DNA of 64,000 bases from Balanoglossus misakiensis (taxonomy: Eukaryota > Animalia > Hemichordata): NCBI GenBank assembly GCA_040954595.2, contig CM082588.2, forward strand, positions 8,602,844 through 8,666,843. The letters run 5' to 3'. A model generated the notes under the pieces. It searched no databases. It saw only the letters and a list, made by a program, of their open reading frames with translations, and was not told the DNA's origin. The translations under genes and the position numbers were made by a program. Numbering within the stretch: position 1 is the first letter of the stretch; each line of letters opens with the position of its first letter. Shown here piece after piece: positions 23,251 through 38,000 of the stretch.

Positions 23251-25478
23251 ATCATCATCTGATGAGAGACAAAAAATGCTCAATGTCGATGTAGTTTGGA
23301 ATAGGATCAAATTTCAATGACAGCACATGAATTCATGCCTTAACTAAAGCCACCAGAAAACCTTGCTTTTGTTGGTAATAATTACATTCCAAATTTGGCT
23401 CCATGAAAGTAACCATCACTTATTATTAGTCGCAAACCCAGTGGTGACAATGCACCTCAACTGATACATTTCATTTCAATTCAATCTGCTGCGAACTTCT
23501 GTTGTAGGATTTTCAATTTCTTCAATATATGTAAGAGTATTCAAATACAATTTTTAGCACTATCTACTAATAACTAAGGTTACCTTTCCATACATGTAGG
23601 ATTGCAATTTCTTGTAATATGAAGTATTTAAACACCAGTATGTTAGAATGGACTTGTGAAATTTAAGGGACCATTCAACTGCACTACGACATGATTCAAG
23701 TCTTTAACACAGACAGAAAAAATTGTCGGTCTCTGTCAACTTATTTGAACATTGAAACTGTATTCATTTTTTTATTTACTCATTAGAAGTTTCTACAATA
23801 ACATTTGTATGTATATAATTATATATTGATACACTAATTCATCAAATAAATTCCAATATCTTCTTTTCTCTCTACTAGACATTTGTGGACATCAGTTTTA
23901 TTAGAGTATGTATCAAAGACTCAGCACTTCTGAATGAGTTGTATATGTCATGGGCAATTTGCAATGTTGAAAAAAATGTGTGCATATATTGGCCTGTACA
24001 GTTCAACAGAAGAAAGTTATGTTGCCACGTGCCCCTTATGAGTCGAACTGCATACTAAACATTCATACATACAAACAAACAAACATACAAGGGTAGATGC
24101 AACTGATCCCATACATTGCAAACTCCCACTCACATAAACACAAATACCAAATCGTAGATAAAACAATTCAGAATCAAGTGATTTTGTCTCAGAACCATTT
24201 ATTTCATTTCTGTAAATACTAGTACATGTATATACAAAATAAGTGACAGGTACATTAGGCTGGGTCATTTGAATTTCTTCTTCGGTCATTCTAAGAATGT
24301 CACATGGTGGTAGCCATAAGTATACCAGTATATATATACATATACCATATGATAGACACTGTCAAACTGATCTTGTATTAAATTCATATTGCTTTAAGTT
24401 TTCGAAAAAACAAATAAGAAATAAAAACACACTGGCTCATCCACAAACAAGAACGTGTATATTGCTTCTTGACAAACCAAGCTCGAAGAACAAAATTAAA
24501 CATTCTCTTCCAAAGCCGTTTTTTTTAAGTTATTCAATTTCTGTATGTGGTACATGTTTTCATGGCAATAACAATACAACCACAAAGGAACCCTCAGGAT
24601 AATATTAAACCAAGAATCTTGAATTTTTTTTTTACATTTTTTTCTCATGATAATTTTTTTTGTATCTCTCTACTATCGCAATACATATCTAATGATGAAA
24701 GGTTTGGTCATGCTAAAATACACTTTTTAATTAAAGACATCAGCATTTCATTTGAAAGACTTCAAAAACTTAAAAATAACATTGCATTGCATTGCATGTA
24801 CGGTAAATGTGCATACCTAGAAGATTAAAACAAAAAAGTTGCGTAGTACATTTCATGACGTTCATAACAAAATAAAATCAGACTGTATTCTTGTGCATTT
24901 CATTTGCATGTACAGTTAGTTATTTCAGATTTGAATAATATCTATTCCAATCGCACAATCAACTCTGACTAGTCTGAGGAATTTACACAAGGTGGGGGGG
25001 GGGGTATACCTTAAAATACCAAATACGTCACTGAGAACAGACTTTATATATTAGAAGGACTTCTTTTGTTTTGGTAATGAGATCTCTGTATTAACCCATA
25101 CAACATATTAGCCTGTTCGCATTTTTTACCACAGCTCATGCATACAGCATACGCAACCAGACAAAAAGCTAACAGAAACACAGACTGATAGATATAGTTT
25201 GAAAGTCACCCTCGTCTCTCAAAACAATTTCATTTGAATTTCGAGATCATATAAGCCATCATTGGCCAATCGAGTCTTGCATACGTGTTAAACTGCACTT
25301 GAAATGTACGTACTGCATACACAATGTAATGAAAAACCAACTATCTCACAAATGGTCCAATAGTCTGATCACGTTTAACCACTTGACTACTTTGATTGCC
25401 GGAAATAAAAACAATAAACTAACTGGAATCTATGGTTTCTCTGGTATATAAGATTATTAGGTAATGATAGTCAAGGGG

Positions 25479-25675
25479 TTAAAGATATACCAGTCACCTC
25501 AAATTTACATACGCCCATATATGGCAGAAATGGCGTTTTTGAGGGTTCTAAAGAACATCTGGCGGCGCTCTTTTTTTCACTTGTGCCACCCACTGAAAAT
25601 CTGTGATTGGCTAGATCTCACTTTACCATGGTGACTATTTTTGCTAAATTTGCATAGGTGACCGTATACCTTTAA
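25479..25675. mobile_element. Kolobok-like family A (about 190 bp) at the GOGAT stop codon
   Basis: TTAA AGATATACCAGTCACC...GGTGACCGTATACCT TTAA; homologous copies in opposite orientation at 17143-17336 and about 26665-26853. Confidence 0.85.
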
Positions 25676-28600
25676 ACAGGTATCTGGTCCCGTAACTTGG
25701 TAACCATTTCTTGGAGTTCATCTTTCTTGGTCAAAGTGTGCACTACACCTCCTGGTCCCGCCAGTGATGTCTTTCCCATTAGGTGAAGATCTACTTCTCT
25801 GGCAGCTTGGCGTCCTTCATTGATGGCGTGCACTACAAGTGACTGACCTCGTCTACAATCTGAAAAATAAGGTCCACGGCTGAGTCTGACATTGGAACTG
25901 AAACCTTCTGATCAACAGTGAACAGAGAAAATTGAACACAGGTTGTCTGTTTTGTGGGTGCCATGATAATAATAATAATTATAAAATAGTTCTTAAAAGC
26001 GCATCATGTTGAAAGCCTCTATGCTCTTTACGAAAACATTAAAAAGTCTAGTGTAAAATGACAAACCGTTAAAAATCGATAAAAAAGAAAGTTTTAAGTA
26101 GAGTTTTAAGATCCAATTGAAGTAGCAGATCTAATATTAAAAAGAAACAGAGTTCCATAATTTTGGACCTGCAACAGAGAAAGCCCGTTCACCATAAGTA
26201 GAAGTTGCACAACTCGTCAAAATATACTCATTCACGTCACTTTTAATACAACACCTTTTCGGTCAAACATCGTATAATAATAACAACCCACTTCTAGATT
26301 TTAGAATGTCCCTCTTACCTCCAGCAGCGAAGACTTTGTCGATATTGGTCATGTATTTATCCTTTGGTGTCTCAATGTTGGATCTGGGATCCTGATCGAG
26401 ATTCAACTCTTCCAGCAGGGAGTTCTCGGGGCCGATGAAACCCATGGCGAGTAGAACAACATCAGCTTTGAAATCTCTCTCAGTTCCTTCCAGTTTCTGC
26501 ATTTCAAATCTTCCACTTTCACTTTTGACCCACTTGATTTGGTGCGTTCTTATTCCAGTGATACAACCGTTGCCGTCATCCAGAAATCTCTGTGAATCGA
26601 GCAATGTCATACTTATAAAAACCATATTTGTCATCACAGAAGTTACATTTACAAAGTTTGAAAGTTAAAAGGTATACGGTCACCCATGAAAATTTAGCCA
26701 CAATTACCATGGCAAATTGAGATCTAGCCAATCACAGATTTTCAGTGGGTGGCACATGCAAAAAAAGAGCGACACAATACATTCTTTAGAACACACATAC
26801 GCCATTTCAACTATATATGGCGATATGTAAATTTGGGGTGACCGTATACCTTACAACACTGAAATTTTTTTTTTTTAAATGTTTAAGTGTATACCAACCT
26901 CACTCAGTATACTGAAGTGTCTTGGATCCTGTCCAAACTTCAATTTGACTTCTTCGTGGCCATATTCCACTCTGAACACTCTCGGCCATGTCGGCCATGG
27001 ATTGTTTCGACCTCTTGATTTGGGTGGCTCCTCTAAAATCTCAAATGTTGTGATGCTTTTGGCTCCCTGAAAGATCCACATTCAAAAATTAAGATTATGA
27101 AAATTAATTATTTAATCAGGCCGAAGGAATTCTGACTTGATCAACGTGTCTGATGTACACCAGTGTCTGTCTGTCCCAGAGTGCCGGGGCTTTAGCTGAG
27201 CCAGGCTGTAGAAAATGCGACTTTATCCACATGGCTAAAGTACGCCAGTATCTGTCTAGAGTACCGGCCGGGCTTTAGTCTAAGCACGCCATTGGAAATT
27301 TGACTTGATCAGCCTGGCTAAAGTACACTTGCCTAGTTTCTGCCCTAGAATGCTGGAGCTTTAGCTGAGATGGGCTGTAGGAAGTGTGACTTGATCAACG
27401 TGTCTGGTCTGATGTACACCAGTGTCTGTCCCCCCAATCCCCCACCCATGTAATACCTGAACATTCTCTTAGTAAAGAGTAAGAGTGGCAATAGAAAAGA
27501 AAAGAAAAACAGCAGCTGAAAAAAAAAATTGCTGCCATAATTAAACCCCCCCCCCACTCCCCAGATATCAAACGTTTCGCTCCTTAAACACAGACAGGCT
27601 ATACGAAAATCTCCCTTGCCAAGAGAATAAGAATGACCAACTTACCATCCTCAAAGCAGTTCCAATACAATCCACACCTGTGTCACCACCACCAATCACT
27701 AAGACATCCTTGTCTTTCACGTCCAAGTAAACATTCTTATTTCCATGTTGGGTTTTTTGCCAGCCCTCCAAGAACTCCATCGCAAAGTGAATTCCCTTCA
27801 GGTTGTGTCCTACAGACAAACATTCCACAAACATGTCAATTCCTGTTCAGGTACAGCGGTAAACAGATGCCTCATGGACAGATTTTCAGAGAAATCTGCG
27901 TCCTCAAAATGTTTTGATATCAAAATATGTGAGGAGTCAACCACAGAAGAAAATGTTGTCTGCCATCTTGTTTTTCCAAAAATCACCACTTCAATTTTTC
28001 TCCATAGAGTGAACACATAAACAGGCGGCCATTTTGAATCCTGAATTTTAGAATCAAAACCAGTGCCACAAACTTGAGGCTCCAGAGTCTACAGCTTAAG
28101 TACACTACTTTGGTTTAATATTCAGTCGACACAAATCTGCCACAAACTTTTCCTTATGAAAACACGTTGTCTTACAAATTACACTTTGTGTATTCCTAAT
28201 ATTGATAATTGTCAACAATAACAGTATAACCATATGTTCGCGTTGGAAAAATTATCACCAAAAAATCATCAAACTGCCCAGCTTAATTATCAGTCCAATT
28301 TTAGTAAATGTTGTACCTGGTATTGGCAAATTCCGTGGCATAGTTGAACCAAGACATAAGAGAACAGCATCATTCTCATTGACTAGTGCTTTAGCTGATA
28401 TTGTTTCACCAACTTCACATCCAGTCACAAACCGAATGCCTTCATCTTCCATTAATTTCACTCTTCGGTCTACAACCTACAGTTGAAGAGAATAGGGTTA
28501 GGGTTTTAGGTTGCTTCAATAAATTTGATTTTAATTCATTGGTTTTATTGTTTCTTAGAATTTTTTAAAGGTCAATGATCGTCTCATGCGCATGCGTGTA

Positions 28601-29039
28601 ATTTTGTGTGTACAAAAATTACCTCAAATCCAAATGTTCTGCAAATTTTATGTTCGACGCATTCAAGTACTAGACTGCCTTCGCTTCCTTTCATATTTCA
28701 TGCGCACAGTATAAGTAACTTTAGTTTTGTCCCCTCTTTTCTCCCAATTTGCCGTTGTTTCCCAATCTCTGACACAGACTATGATCGTCACCATCTTGTC
28801 TGCTGTTAGAACAACACACTGCCTTATGGCATTGAATGTATATAATTTTTGTAACCAGAGTCTCTGCATGGTTTAGCACATGCGCATCAGACGATCATCA
28901 CATTTTAAACTCATTGATGTCAAGACCCACTTTTTCTGCTCAAAATGGTTGACTATTAAGCATGCAACACACCAAATATGAGCTTTCAGGAATTGTAGAT
29001 TTTCTGTCAATAATCAAAGTCCTGACCCCCCCCCCCCCC

Positions 29040-29071
<32 letters not shown>

Positions 29072-32000
29072 GGAGCTTAGATTTTGGGAACACAAACCAC
29101 AATGTTACTGATATGAGACTTAAGACTGTTCATGCATATTTAACGAATTAAACACCAACCTGCTTGCTCAACTTCATCGACGGAATACCATATCTCAATA
29201 ATCCTCCAATTCTATCGTTTCGTTCATACACTGTGACTTCATGTCCAGCTTTGTTCAATTGGGCGGCGGCTGCCAGACCCGAAGGGCCACTGCCGATCAC
29301 AGCCACTCGTTTGCCTGTTGTTTGTGCCACTGGTTGGGGAGTGATCCAGCCCTCTTCGAATGCATGATCGATGATGGTGCACTCAATGTTCTTGATGGTG
29401 ACAGCTGGTGCATTAATGGAGAGAACGCACGCCCCCTAATGTCAAGATGTAGGAGGGAAAGTTAGTTGAAACACTGGCAGCTTCTAAAAAGTGTGCAACA
29501 GCTAAGCTGCCTTGATAGCTACAATGTTTGAGTGTCAATCTCACATCAGACAAGATTTCATACAGCTGTCAGTTCCAAGAGCTATCACTAGTATCAGTGA
29601 GAAAAATTCAATTACAAACTTTCAATTTTTATTTTTCTTCTTGAGAACATTTGTACTCCATACAGCTTACTATTGATTCGAAGTTTCATTTGTTGAAATC
29701 ATAAAACAAATGTATTCTGTTTCCCCAAAAATTACAATTTTATTAAATTATATCAATGTATGTAACTTTCTGCTGTTGTTAGGAAAAAAATATAAGAAAA
29801 GGCTAAATGCTTGTACGAATGATCAAAAATACAAATTTATAACTTGTCCCTATAATTGTTGCCCCATAAAAGTCTGGAATCTTGCCAATTTATTTATGTG
29901 CTACCGACATTATTTCCACAAAAGAATGTATTTTGATGAGCATCGACATATTTCCAAGCCGAGCACAGACAAATCTGTTTCACTTACCTCACACGGTGCA
30001 GGACATACTCTCCCAGTGAACTCTGGGAAGTTGTTCGTCTGTAAAAGTCGATCCAAAGCTTCCTTCCAATTATCTTGGAATACAAGATCGTTCCATTTGG
30101 GAATGATGTTTCCCAGTGGACACCCAGTGGAAGACTGACAGAATGGAACACCACAATCCATACATCTGATTTATAACAAGAGAAAATAGTGATATTTATC
30201 AGCCAGAATATTTCAGCTTTAGGCCCCAAAAAATAATATGTGCTGTTCTGATTACAGGGTTTTCAAAAATAGGGTAGGCAGGTGGGAATTTTTTTTATTT
30301 TGCGATTTTTTTTATTTCACTGGCAGACGTAGTGTAGAAGAATGACGTCATAGTTCTTGCGTGATGCACACGATTTCGTCATAAATCTTGCATGATTCGC
30401 TCAATTTTCATAAATTTTGTATATTTGACCGTTAATTTTTACTTCCAGGCTTACGAAGCTCTAAAAAGTTTAGGGTCAGCGGGTTAAAATTTTACAGTAC
30501 ATGTATTGTAGCAATAATCCATTGCTGGTTGACACACAGGACTCACCTGGCTGCTTGCGTTTGAATTTCACTCTTGACACCTTGATGATTATAAATCTCA
30601 TTCCAATCTTTGATACGCTTTTCAACTCTTCGGTACTGGTTTCTGTTCCTGTTGTACTTCATGAAACCCCTGTAATGTAATTATAAGTACAAGTCATGTA
30701 GTTTTGATGCATCTTGGTTTATAAGTTGCCCAAATGAGAATGTTAAAGGCCGACGATCGTCTTATGCACAAGTACATAATTTGGAGTGTACAAACATCAC
30801 CTCCAATCCAAATTTTCTGCAAATTTTGCATTCAACGCATTCAAATAGTGGACTGCCTCAGCTTCCCACCCAATCTGCCGTCTTTTCCCGATCTCTGACA
30901 CAGACTATGGTCGCCGCCATCTTGTCTGTTGTTAGGACAGCACACTGCTCTATGGCATCAAGACTGTATACAATTTTTGTAACCAGAGTCTCTGGTTTGC
31001 CACATATGCAAATAACATCATCGCCCATTTATCAAGCAACCATTAGCTGCCCAGGCCAGCGAAAGACACTTATTGTGCAATGCACACATGCATGTAGCAA
31101 CAATCTCTAAGTGATTGAAATTGAAAAATTAATTTTCAAAAATTGATGTTTACTTTTTCTTGTCCAAGACTCTGTCCAGATTCTTCTGATTCATCTGTTC
31201 ATCAGGAATTGTTTCTTCAATGTCCACAATCTTGGCTTCATGGTGATTTCTGTGATTTGAGTTTTGCTCTGGATTTTCTTCATTGTTCACTGGCTGTAAT
31301 GGTTTTGGAATTCCCGCGATTGCCTTCTCCTTCATGACTTTCAAAGCTCGTCTGTACTCATGTGGGAAGACCTACAAAAAGTCATATCAAATTGGACTTA
31401 AAATAAATATCTAGTTTACCTTTCTGCACAATCAAAAATTTAAAAATTGTATTCCGGCTTTACTGGGCCAGTACACCAATCAGAAGGTGCCTAATAGAGA
31501 ACGATCGGTATCCTTTAATGTAGATCGACATAACATGCAATCTGATTGGCCTGGCCGCAACAGGAGGTTGAACAGGAGCTTCTATGGGAGTTGGTCAGAT
31601 GTAGTGTGAGGCGATAGCATAAGAATACCATACCGCGAAGTAAAAGACGTCACCATACCCTACATCTGATTTGAATCTGATTGGCCCACCACAGTAATAT
31701 AAGAAAAAAAATCTGACCTTGACAAACATTTTGGCACTGTTTGGCCAATTGTCTAACATTTCCTTAGCAACAGAGGATCCAGTGCTGGACACAAACTGCG
31801 ACAACGTCTCTTTGAGAAAGATAATGTCAACATCCTTGACAACGGTCTCCAGGGCAACTGATTCCTTGTTGCAGAAACTGGCAAAGCTCTTCTTCCTGTG
31901 TGAAATCCATGAAATAATTATTTAGTCTATCAAGCGACCAGTAGAGGTGCTGTTGTATGTGACCATTTGAGAATAGGATGAGGGGTACCAATATTGCCCC

Positions 32001-35000
32001 ATATATGTTCGGTCCACAATTATGCGTTGACATTTGGAAAACCACAGAATTTCTCTACTGAGCACAGACCACTTCGCGGATAGGGTATCTGCAATGCATG
32101 ATGGTATAATTTGCATTCAACCTAGCATCTAGTACTTGGCCAATGTGCTCAGAACACAAACTGCCCCCCCCCCCTCTCCATTATAAAAGAAACATTCTGT
32201 TAGTGACCACCTCTATAGAGTGGCCACTTTGTTACAGTCCCTATAGATGCAATTAACATGTATCGGTACATTGAGTGACCTGCCTATAGAGGCCACCTGT
32301 CCATAAAGGCCAGTTCAGCGAAGTCCCTTTAGTGGCCACTATAGACAGGTTTGACTGTATTATAAACATTCTTTGGAAATCAACTCCAACTGACATACCT
32401 GTCCAATACATATGCAATCCCACCAGACATTCCAGCAGCAAAATTTCTTCCTGTAGATCCCAAGATAATAGCTCTGCCACCAGTCATGTATTCACATCCA
32501 TGATCTCCAACACCCTGTCATCAGAAAAACACCATATCAAAAAATCGTGTCAAGGACACGGTGGTCCCATTTACCATGTGATTCTGGTAACTCACAGCCC
32601 CTCGGGGGTAATAAACGGCTGCTATGGCCCTCATGGCCAGGCAATAGGTGTTCAATATGGCAACCTGAATTTGCATACTCACCTCAACGACAGCAACAGC
32701 ACCCGAATTTCTGACACAGAATCTTTCAGCAGCACAACCTCTAAAGAACGCCTTGCCACTGGTGGCGCCATACAGGACAACATTTCCAACAATAATGTTC
32801 TCCTCAGATTTGAAGTCCGTCGGCATATCCAGAGGTGGATAGACCACTATCTCACCCCCTGACAGACCCTGAAGGATAACACAAAAATGAAATGAGCCAA
32901 TGATATTATCGCGGTGATAAAATGAAAATCTGCTCTCAGTGTGTCGAAATTGCACAGGTAAAATGGCCACTATGCAACATTGCAATGCAATATTTGATTG
33001 TATGACATGCATCATGCATATAATAGGGAACTTAAGTCAAGTTGTGAGTTTGGATGAAATCAGTTGTCTGTTCATTGTTCCTGTAAAAAATCATTAGCTG
33101 TAACTTTTTCACTGTGTTTTCAGTATTTTTGTCTTGTTTATCTACTGCAGTTTCTTGTTTGAATTCCTGAAACATGATGAAATGCTGAGCATTTAGCCTA
33201 TCAACACAACATATACATGTATGTGTATATAGTCAGCATTGTTATTGTGCAAAATTTGAATTCAAGTCCTGACTAGAATTCATTTGTCAACAATAACAAT
33301 GGCTGTTACACACATACAGGCTATGTTGACAAGTGGAGTACTGGGTATATAACCATATTGTTTGGAGTAGAACAAGAAATTGTATTTGGTACACAAATAT
33401 ACTGAAATAAAAGCCAAAAGTTACAGCTAAGGTCACGTGAAACATTGACTCATGAATATTGACTCTTGTTCACCTTTCCAACATAATCGTTAGCATCACC
33501 TTCCAATTCCATTGATACACCTTTGGCCAGATATGCACAGAAACTCTGACCAGCCGATCCTGTCAATTTGATATTAATGGTCTTAGCTGGCAGACCACTG
33601 TCACCATATTTCCTGCAAGTTTAACAAGATGAGGCCCATGAGCACTGATGAAAAAAAGCCTTAATAAGGATACAATGTACAAAACAGGTGGTTTCAGGAA
33701 TTGTAGTTTTCTGTCAACTCGTGAAGTCCTAAACCCCCCAAAAGTATATATTTTCTGAAGGTTGTTATTCTACATGTGGATATATAATGAATCAACGTTC
33801 AACCACACACACCTTCCATCCCACTTGTAGACATGAGAGTGAAAAACTCGTCAAAATGAATAATCGGTCTCTATATCATTTATTCATTTGGGGCGAGTTT
33901 TTACTCTCATGTCTACAAGTGGGATGGAAGTTGTGTGTGGTCGAACGTTGATTCACTATATATCCACATGAAGGATAACATAAACAGTGTCTTGTATCAA
34001 ACATAATTAATGAAAAGGGCAGCAAGAGAGGGAGACTTTGTCCCTTTAAAATGTCATAAATATGTACAACTTACTTCGAAATGTGGTAGCTGAGTGTTGT
34101 GGCAAATGCTCTGCACTCATTGTTAATTTTCATGTCCAGATGGATTGGTTGCATATTGACACCGTCAAGGATATCTCTGCAGCTTTCAATAAGCTCATTA
34201 TCCTGAATGACAAAATAAAAATAGTGTCAAGGACACTGCGCTGCCATTTGATAAGAAATAGATCATTCAAGTGTACTATTAACTTACAACAAGACCATGG
34301 TATATCAATGAAACATTTTGTATAAGAATTGGCATCGCTTAATTTTGCAACTTAGGCAAAAACACTTGAAAGTTTAAGGAATTTCATTATGGACATACAG
34401 AACATTGGCTGTAACTTTGGGCTTTATTTTCAGTATTTTTATTCAGTGTATCAAATGCAATTTCTTGTTCTACTCCAAACAATATGCTTATATGCCCAGT
34501 ACTCCACTTGTCAACATAGCCTGTATGTGTGTAACGGCCATTGTTATTGTTGACAGATGAATTCTAGTCTGGGCCTGAATTCAAATTTTGCACAATCACG
34601 ATATTGATTACGCAGATATAGGTTGTGTTAATAAGCTAAATACTGGGCATTTTTCTTGTGCTTCTGGGAGTTGAACAAGAAACTGCAGTAGATACACAAA
34701 ACAAAAAAATACTGAAGCACAGTAAAAAGTTACAGCTAATGGAGCTTTAACATCATTCAACTCACCAGCCTCTTCCCCAACTCAAAATCTTGACCTAAAC
34801 TCCCACCAACAATGTTTACATCAGGCCGTAGGTCGCTAGCATTCTTCAAAATGGTGTCAAAATTCAAGAGTTTCGCTTTACTGACGGCCGGTTCCTCAGA
34901 CGGTTTTATCATGTCTGTGCGTCCGATCATCTCCTGGAACGTAGTGAAACCCATTTTGGCCATGTACTCTCGCACTTCTTCTGCGACCATGAAGAAATAA

Positions 35001-38000
35001 TTGACAACATGTTCGGGTTTGCCCTCAAATTTCTTCCGCAGAATTGGATCCTGAGAAAAGGGAACAAAATTCTCACATTAAAATTCAAATGAAACATATC
35101 ATCACTTGAATTTCAAAAGGGGTAAAATTAGAACCACTATGTTTATATTGTGATCATTTTCATTCACATAAAATGCAATATGTTGATATAGAACAAGAAT
35201 TCATTGATCAGATGAAGGTTTATTCACATGAAAACAAATAAATCATAGTTTTTTTCAAATACAAGTTGGCTTTTGCCCAATCAACATGCAGTACATGTAG
35301 TCTGTGATTTAACTGGCTGAAATTTCTTTGATATGATTGACTGAGAGTATTATGTACGCACAGTACATTCTGAATGCGTATTGAAGTATGCATAGGAAAA
35401 AAATCTAACAGAACCTCTGTACCAAATGCAGGGATTCTTATGTGAATATCATTATTGACATACCTGTGTTGCTATGCCAACAGGGCAAGTATTGAGATGA
35501 CATTTTCTCATCATTGTGCATCCAAGAGCTATCAAGGGAGCTGTGGAGAATCCAAATTCATCTGCACCAAGCAATGCACCGATGACAACATCTCGACCTG
35601 CGGTGAAATGTTTATTATGATAAGAGCAAAACAAGCTATGACCATTACAGGGACAAAGTCTCTCTCTCGCTGCTCTTTTTTCATGAATTATGTTTGATAC
35701 AAGACACTGTTTATGTTATTCTACATGTTGACATAGTGAATCAACGTTCGACCACACACACCTTCAATCCCACCTGTAGACACGAGATTAAAAAAACTCA
35801 TTCCAGTTTTACTCTCATATCCTACAAACGGGATGGAAGTTGTGTGTGATGGCGAACGTTGATTCACTCTTACAAAATAAACAAAATAACTAAAAAATAA
35901 TTTTGTTAATTACAAAGCCATGAAAATCCTCACCAGTTCTCAGCTGACCATCAGTTTGTAGAACAACTCTTGATCGCAGATCATTCAACACCAAAACTTG
36001 GTGAGTTTCAGCAATACCAAGTTCCCATGGTAACCCTGCATGTTTGATGCCAGTCCAACTACTGGCCCCAGTACCTCCATCATGACCTGAGATGACAATA
36101 TGCTCAGCTTTGCCCTGCATTCAAGAGAAATTATGCTATCAAGTTTAATTCCTCAAAAATTAAATAACAACAAATTTTAGCAAGGTACTTGCTGACCGAT
36201 GTTTACTTTATCCACTTAATCTGTGGATGGGGCACACAGATTAAGTCGTTAGCACGTGCTTAATGGGAAATGCGATAGCTTTTATTCTGGATTAGCAACT
36301 GATAAGACAGGTGGGGGTAACACAGAAAAATAAACAGGCACAGAGACTGTTCAGCAAGTACTGTTTATTGGGGAAAAATGCAGATCGGAACTCCGCCATT
36401 TATTAACTTTACTGTTAGCAGCTCCCTGTGATTTTAGTGACTTTTATCATCTGTAAGGGAAAATAGTTGCCTACTGTATCTTTTCATAAATGAATGTTGT
36501 AATATTAGATGTTTTTATTTTTTTCAGGAAAAACTGAATTCATATAAAGTTTCATTGATCAGACGTGTATGTGTATAGAGCACTTGGCTAATGCCTGTTT
36601 TCCCTACTGTACATGTATATCACGATACACAGTCAGGATATGAGACATTAACTTACTACATTTTGTACCAGTATACATACCGGTACAAGTATGTGCAGCA
36701 AAACCTGAGGTGATGTACCCTTATGTCCATCACAGTATACGTCGAAACAACTCTAAGACAGTACAATTACCTTAGCAACACCTGAAGCAATGACCCCAAC
36801 TCCGACCTCTGACACCAACTTCACACTGATCCTAGCCTTCGGATTGGCACATTTCAAGTCATAGATCAATTCTGCAAGATCTTCAATGGAATAAATGTCG
36901 TGGTGAGGGGGAGGGGAGATTAATCCTACACCAGGCACTGAGTTACGAGTTGCTGCGATCTCTTCCGAAACCTGAAATTGAAAAAATAGCACTGTGAAGA
37001 TGATCAAGCTAAAATGAAAATTTTTCACTGTTCAGGTTCCAGGTCTTCCAGTTGAGAATTTAAACCCCTGCTCCAGCCAATCAGAGAGCTGGATTCAGAC
37101 CAAGCATATTATACTGTAAAACACTTTATTTTCACGAGCAATACATTTTCGCGAAATACGCGAGAGCCAAAATAGCGTGAAAATAAAACATCGCTTAATT
37201 TTTTTGAAGATAAAGAAACTGAATGAAATAAGAGAATGGGAAAATTAATACTCGCAAAACAGTGGCCTCTAGCTCTTAATATCATGAAAAATTCAACTTG
37301 CGAAAATGAAGTGTTTTACAGTAATTTACAGATTTTGAATTTGGATATACTGGACCAATTCACACAGCAAGAAAGTCAACACACAAAAGCAGGACTCAAT
37401 CATCCCCCCAAAAACACAAACAAAAAAACACCCACTCATACACACACAAGAGTAATCTATGATATCACTGCTCACCTTGTATCCTGGCAGCTCACCACCT
37501 TCTCCAGGCTTAGCACCTTGTGCCATCTTGATCTGCAAATCTTCTGCATTCGCCAAATAACTGCTGGTGACACCAAATCTGCCAGATGCCACCTGTTTGA
37601 TGGCCGATCTCTTATTGCTGTGCACATCTTGGTCGAGATATCGATCTGGATTCTCCCCACCCTCTCCTGTATTACTCTTGGCTTCCATTCTGACAAAAAA
37701 TACAGACAAGAACAACTTCAACAATGACCATGTACAAGATTAGTGGGTGAGTGATAAATTTTTTCACGAACTACGCGAGGACCAAAAAAAACATGTAAAT
37801 AAAAAAACAAGTAAAAATGTTTTTTTTTGCAGAGATACCGATGCAGAGAAATACAAGGACGTGAAAATTAACCCTTTCTGGCCTATACCGGTATATAGGA
37901 GAAATTTGGGTACGTTCCCAGAAAGCCAGGCTAGAAAGGGTTAATAGTCATGTAACAGTTGCCGCTTTTGATATCGTGAAAATTTCCCGTTTTACAGTAT

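Noticed and set aside
27120-27430. Regularly spaced repeat resembling a CRISPR array
   Set aside because: Whole units are homologous with no unique spacers, no cas genes are present, and it lies in a eukaryotic intron: a minisatellite.
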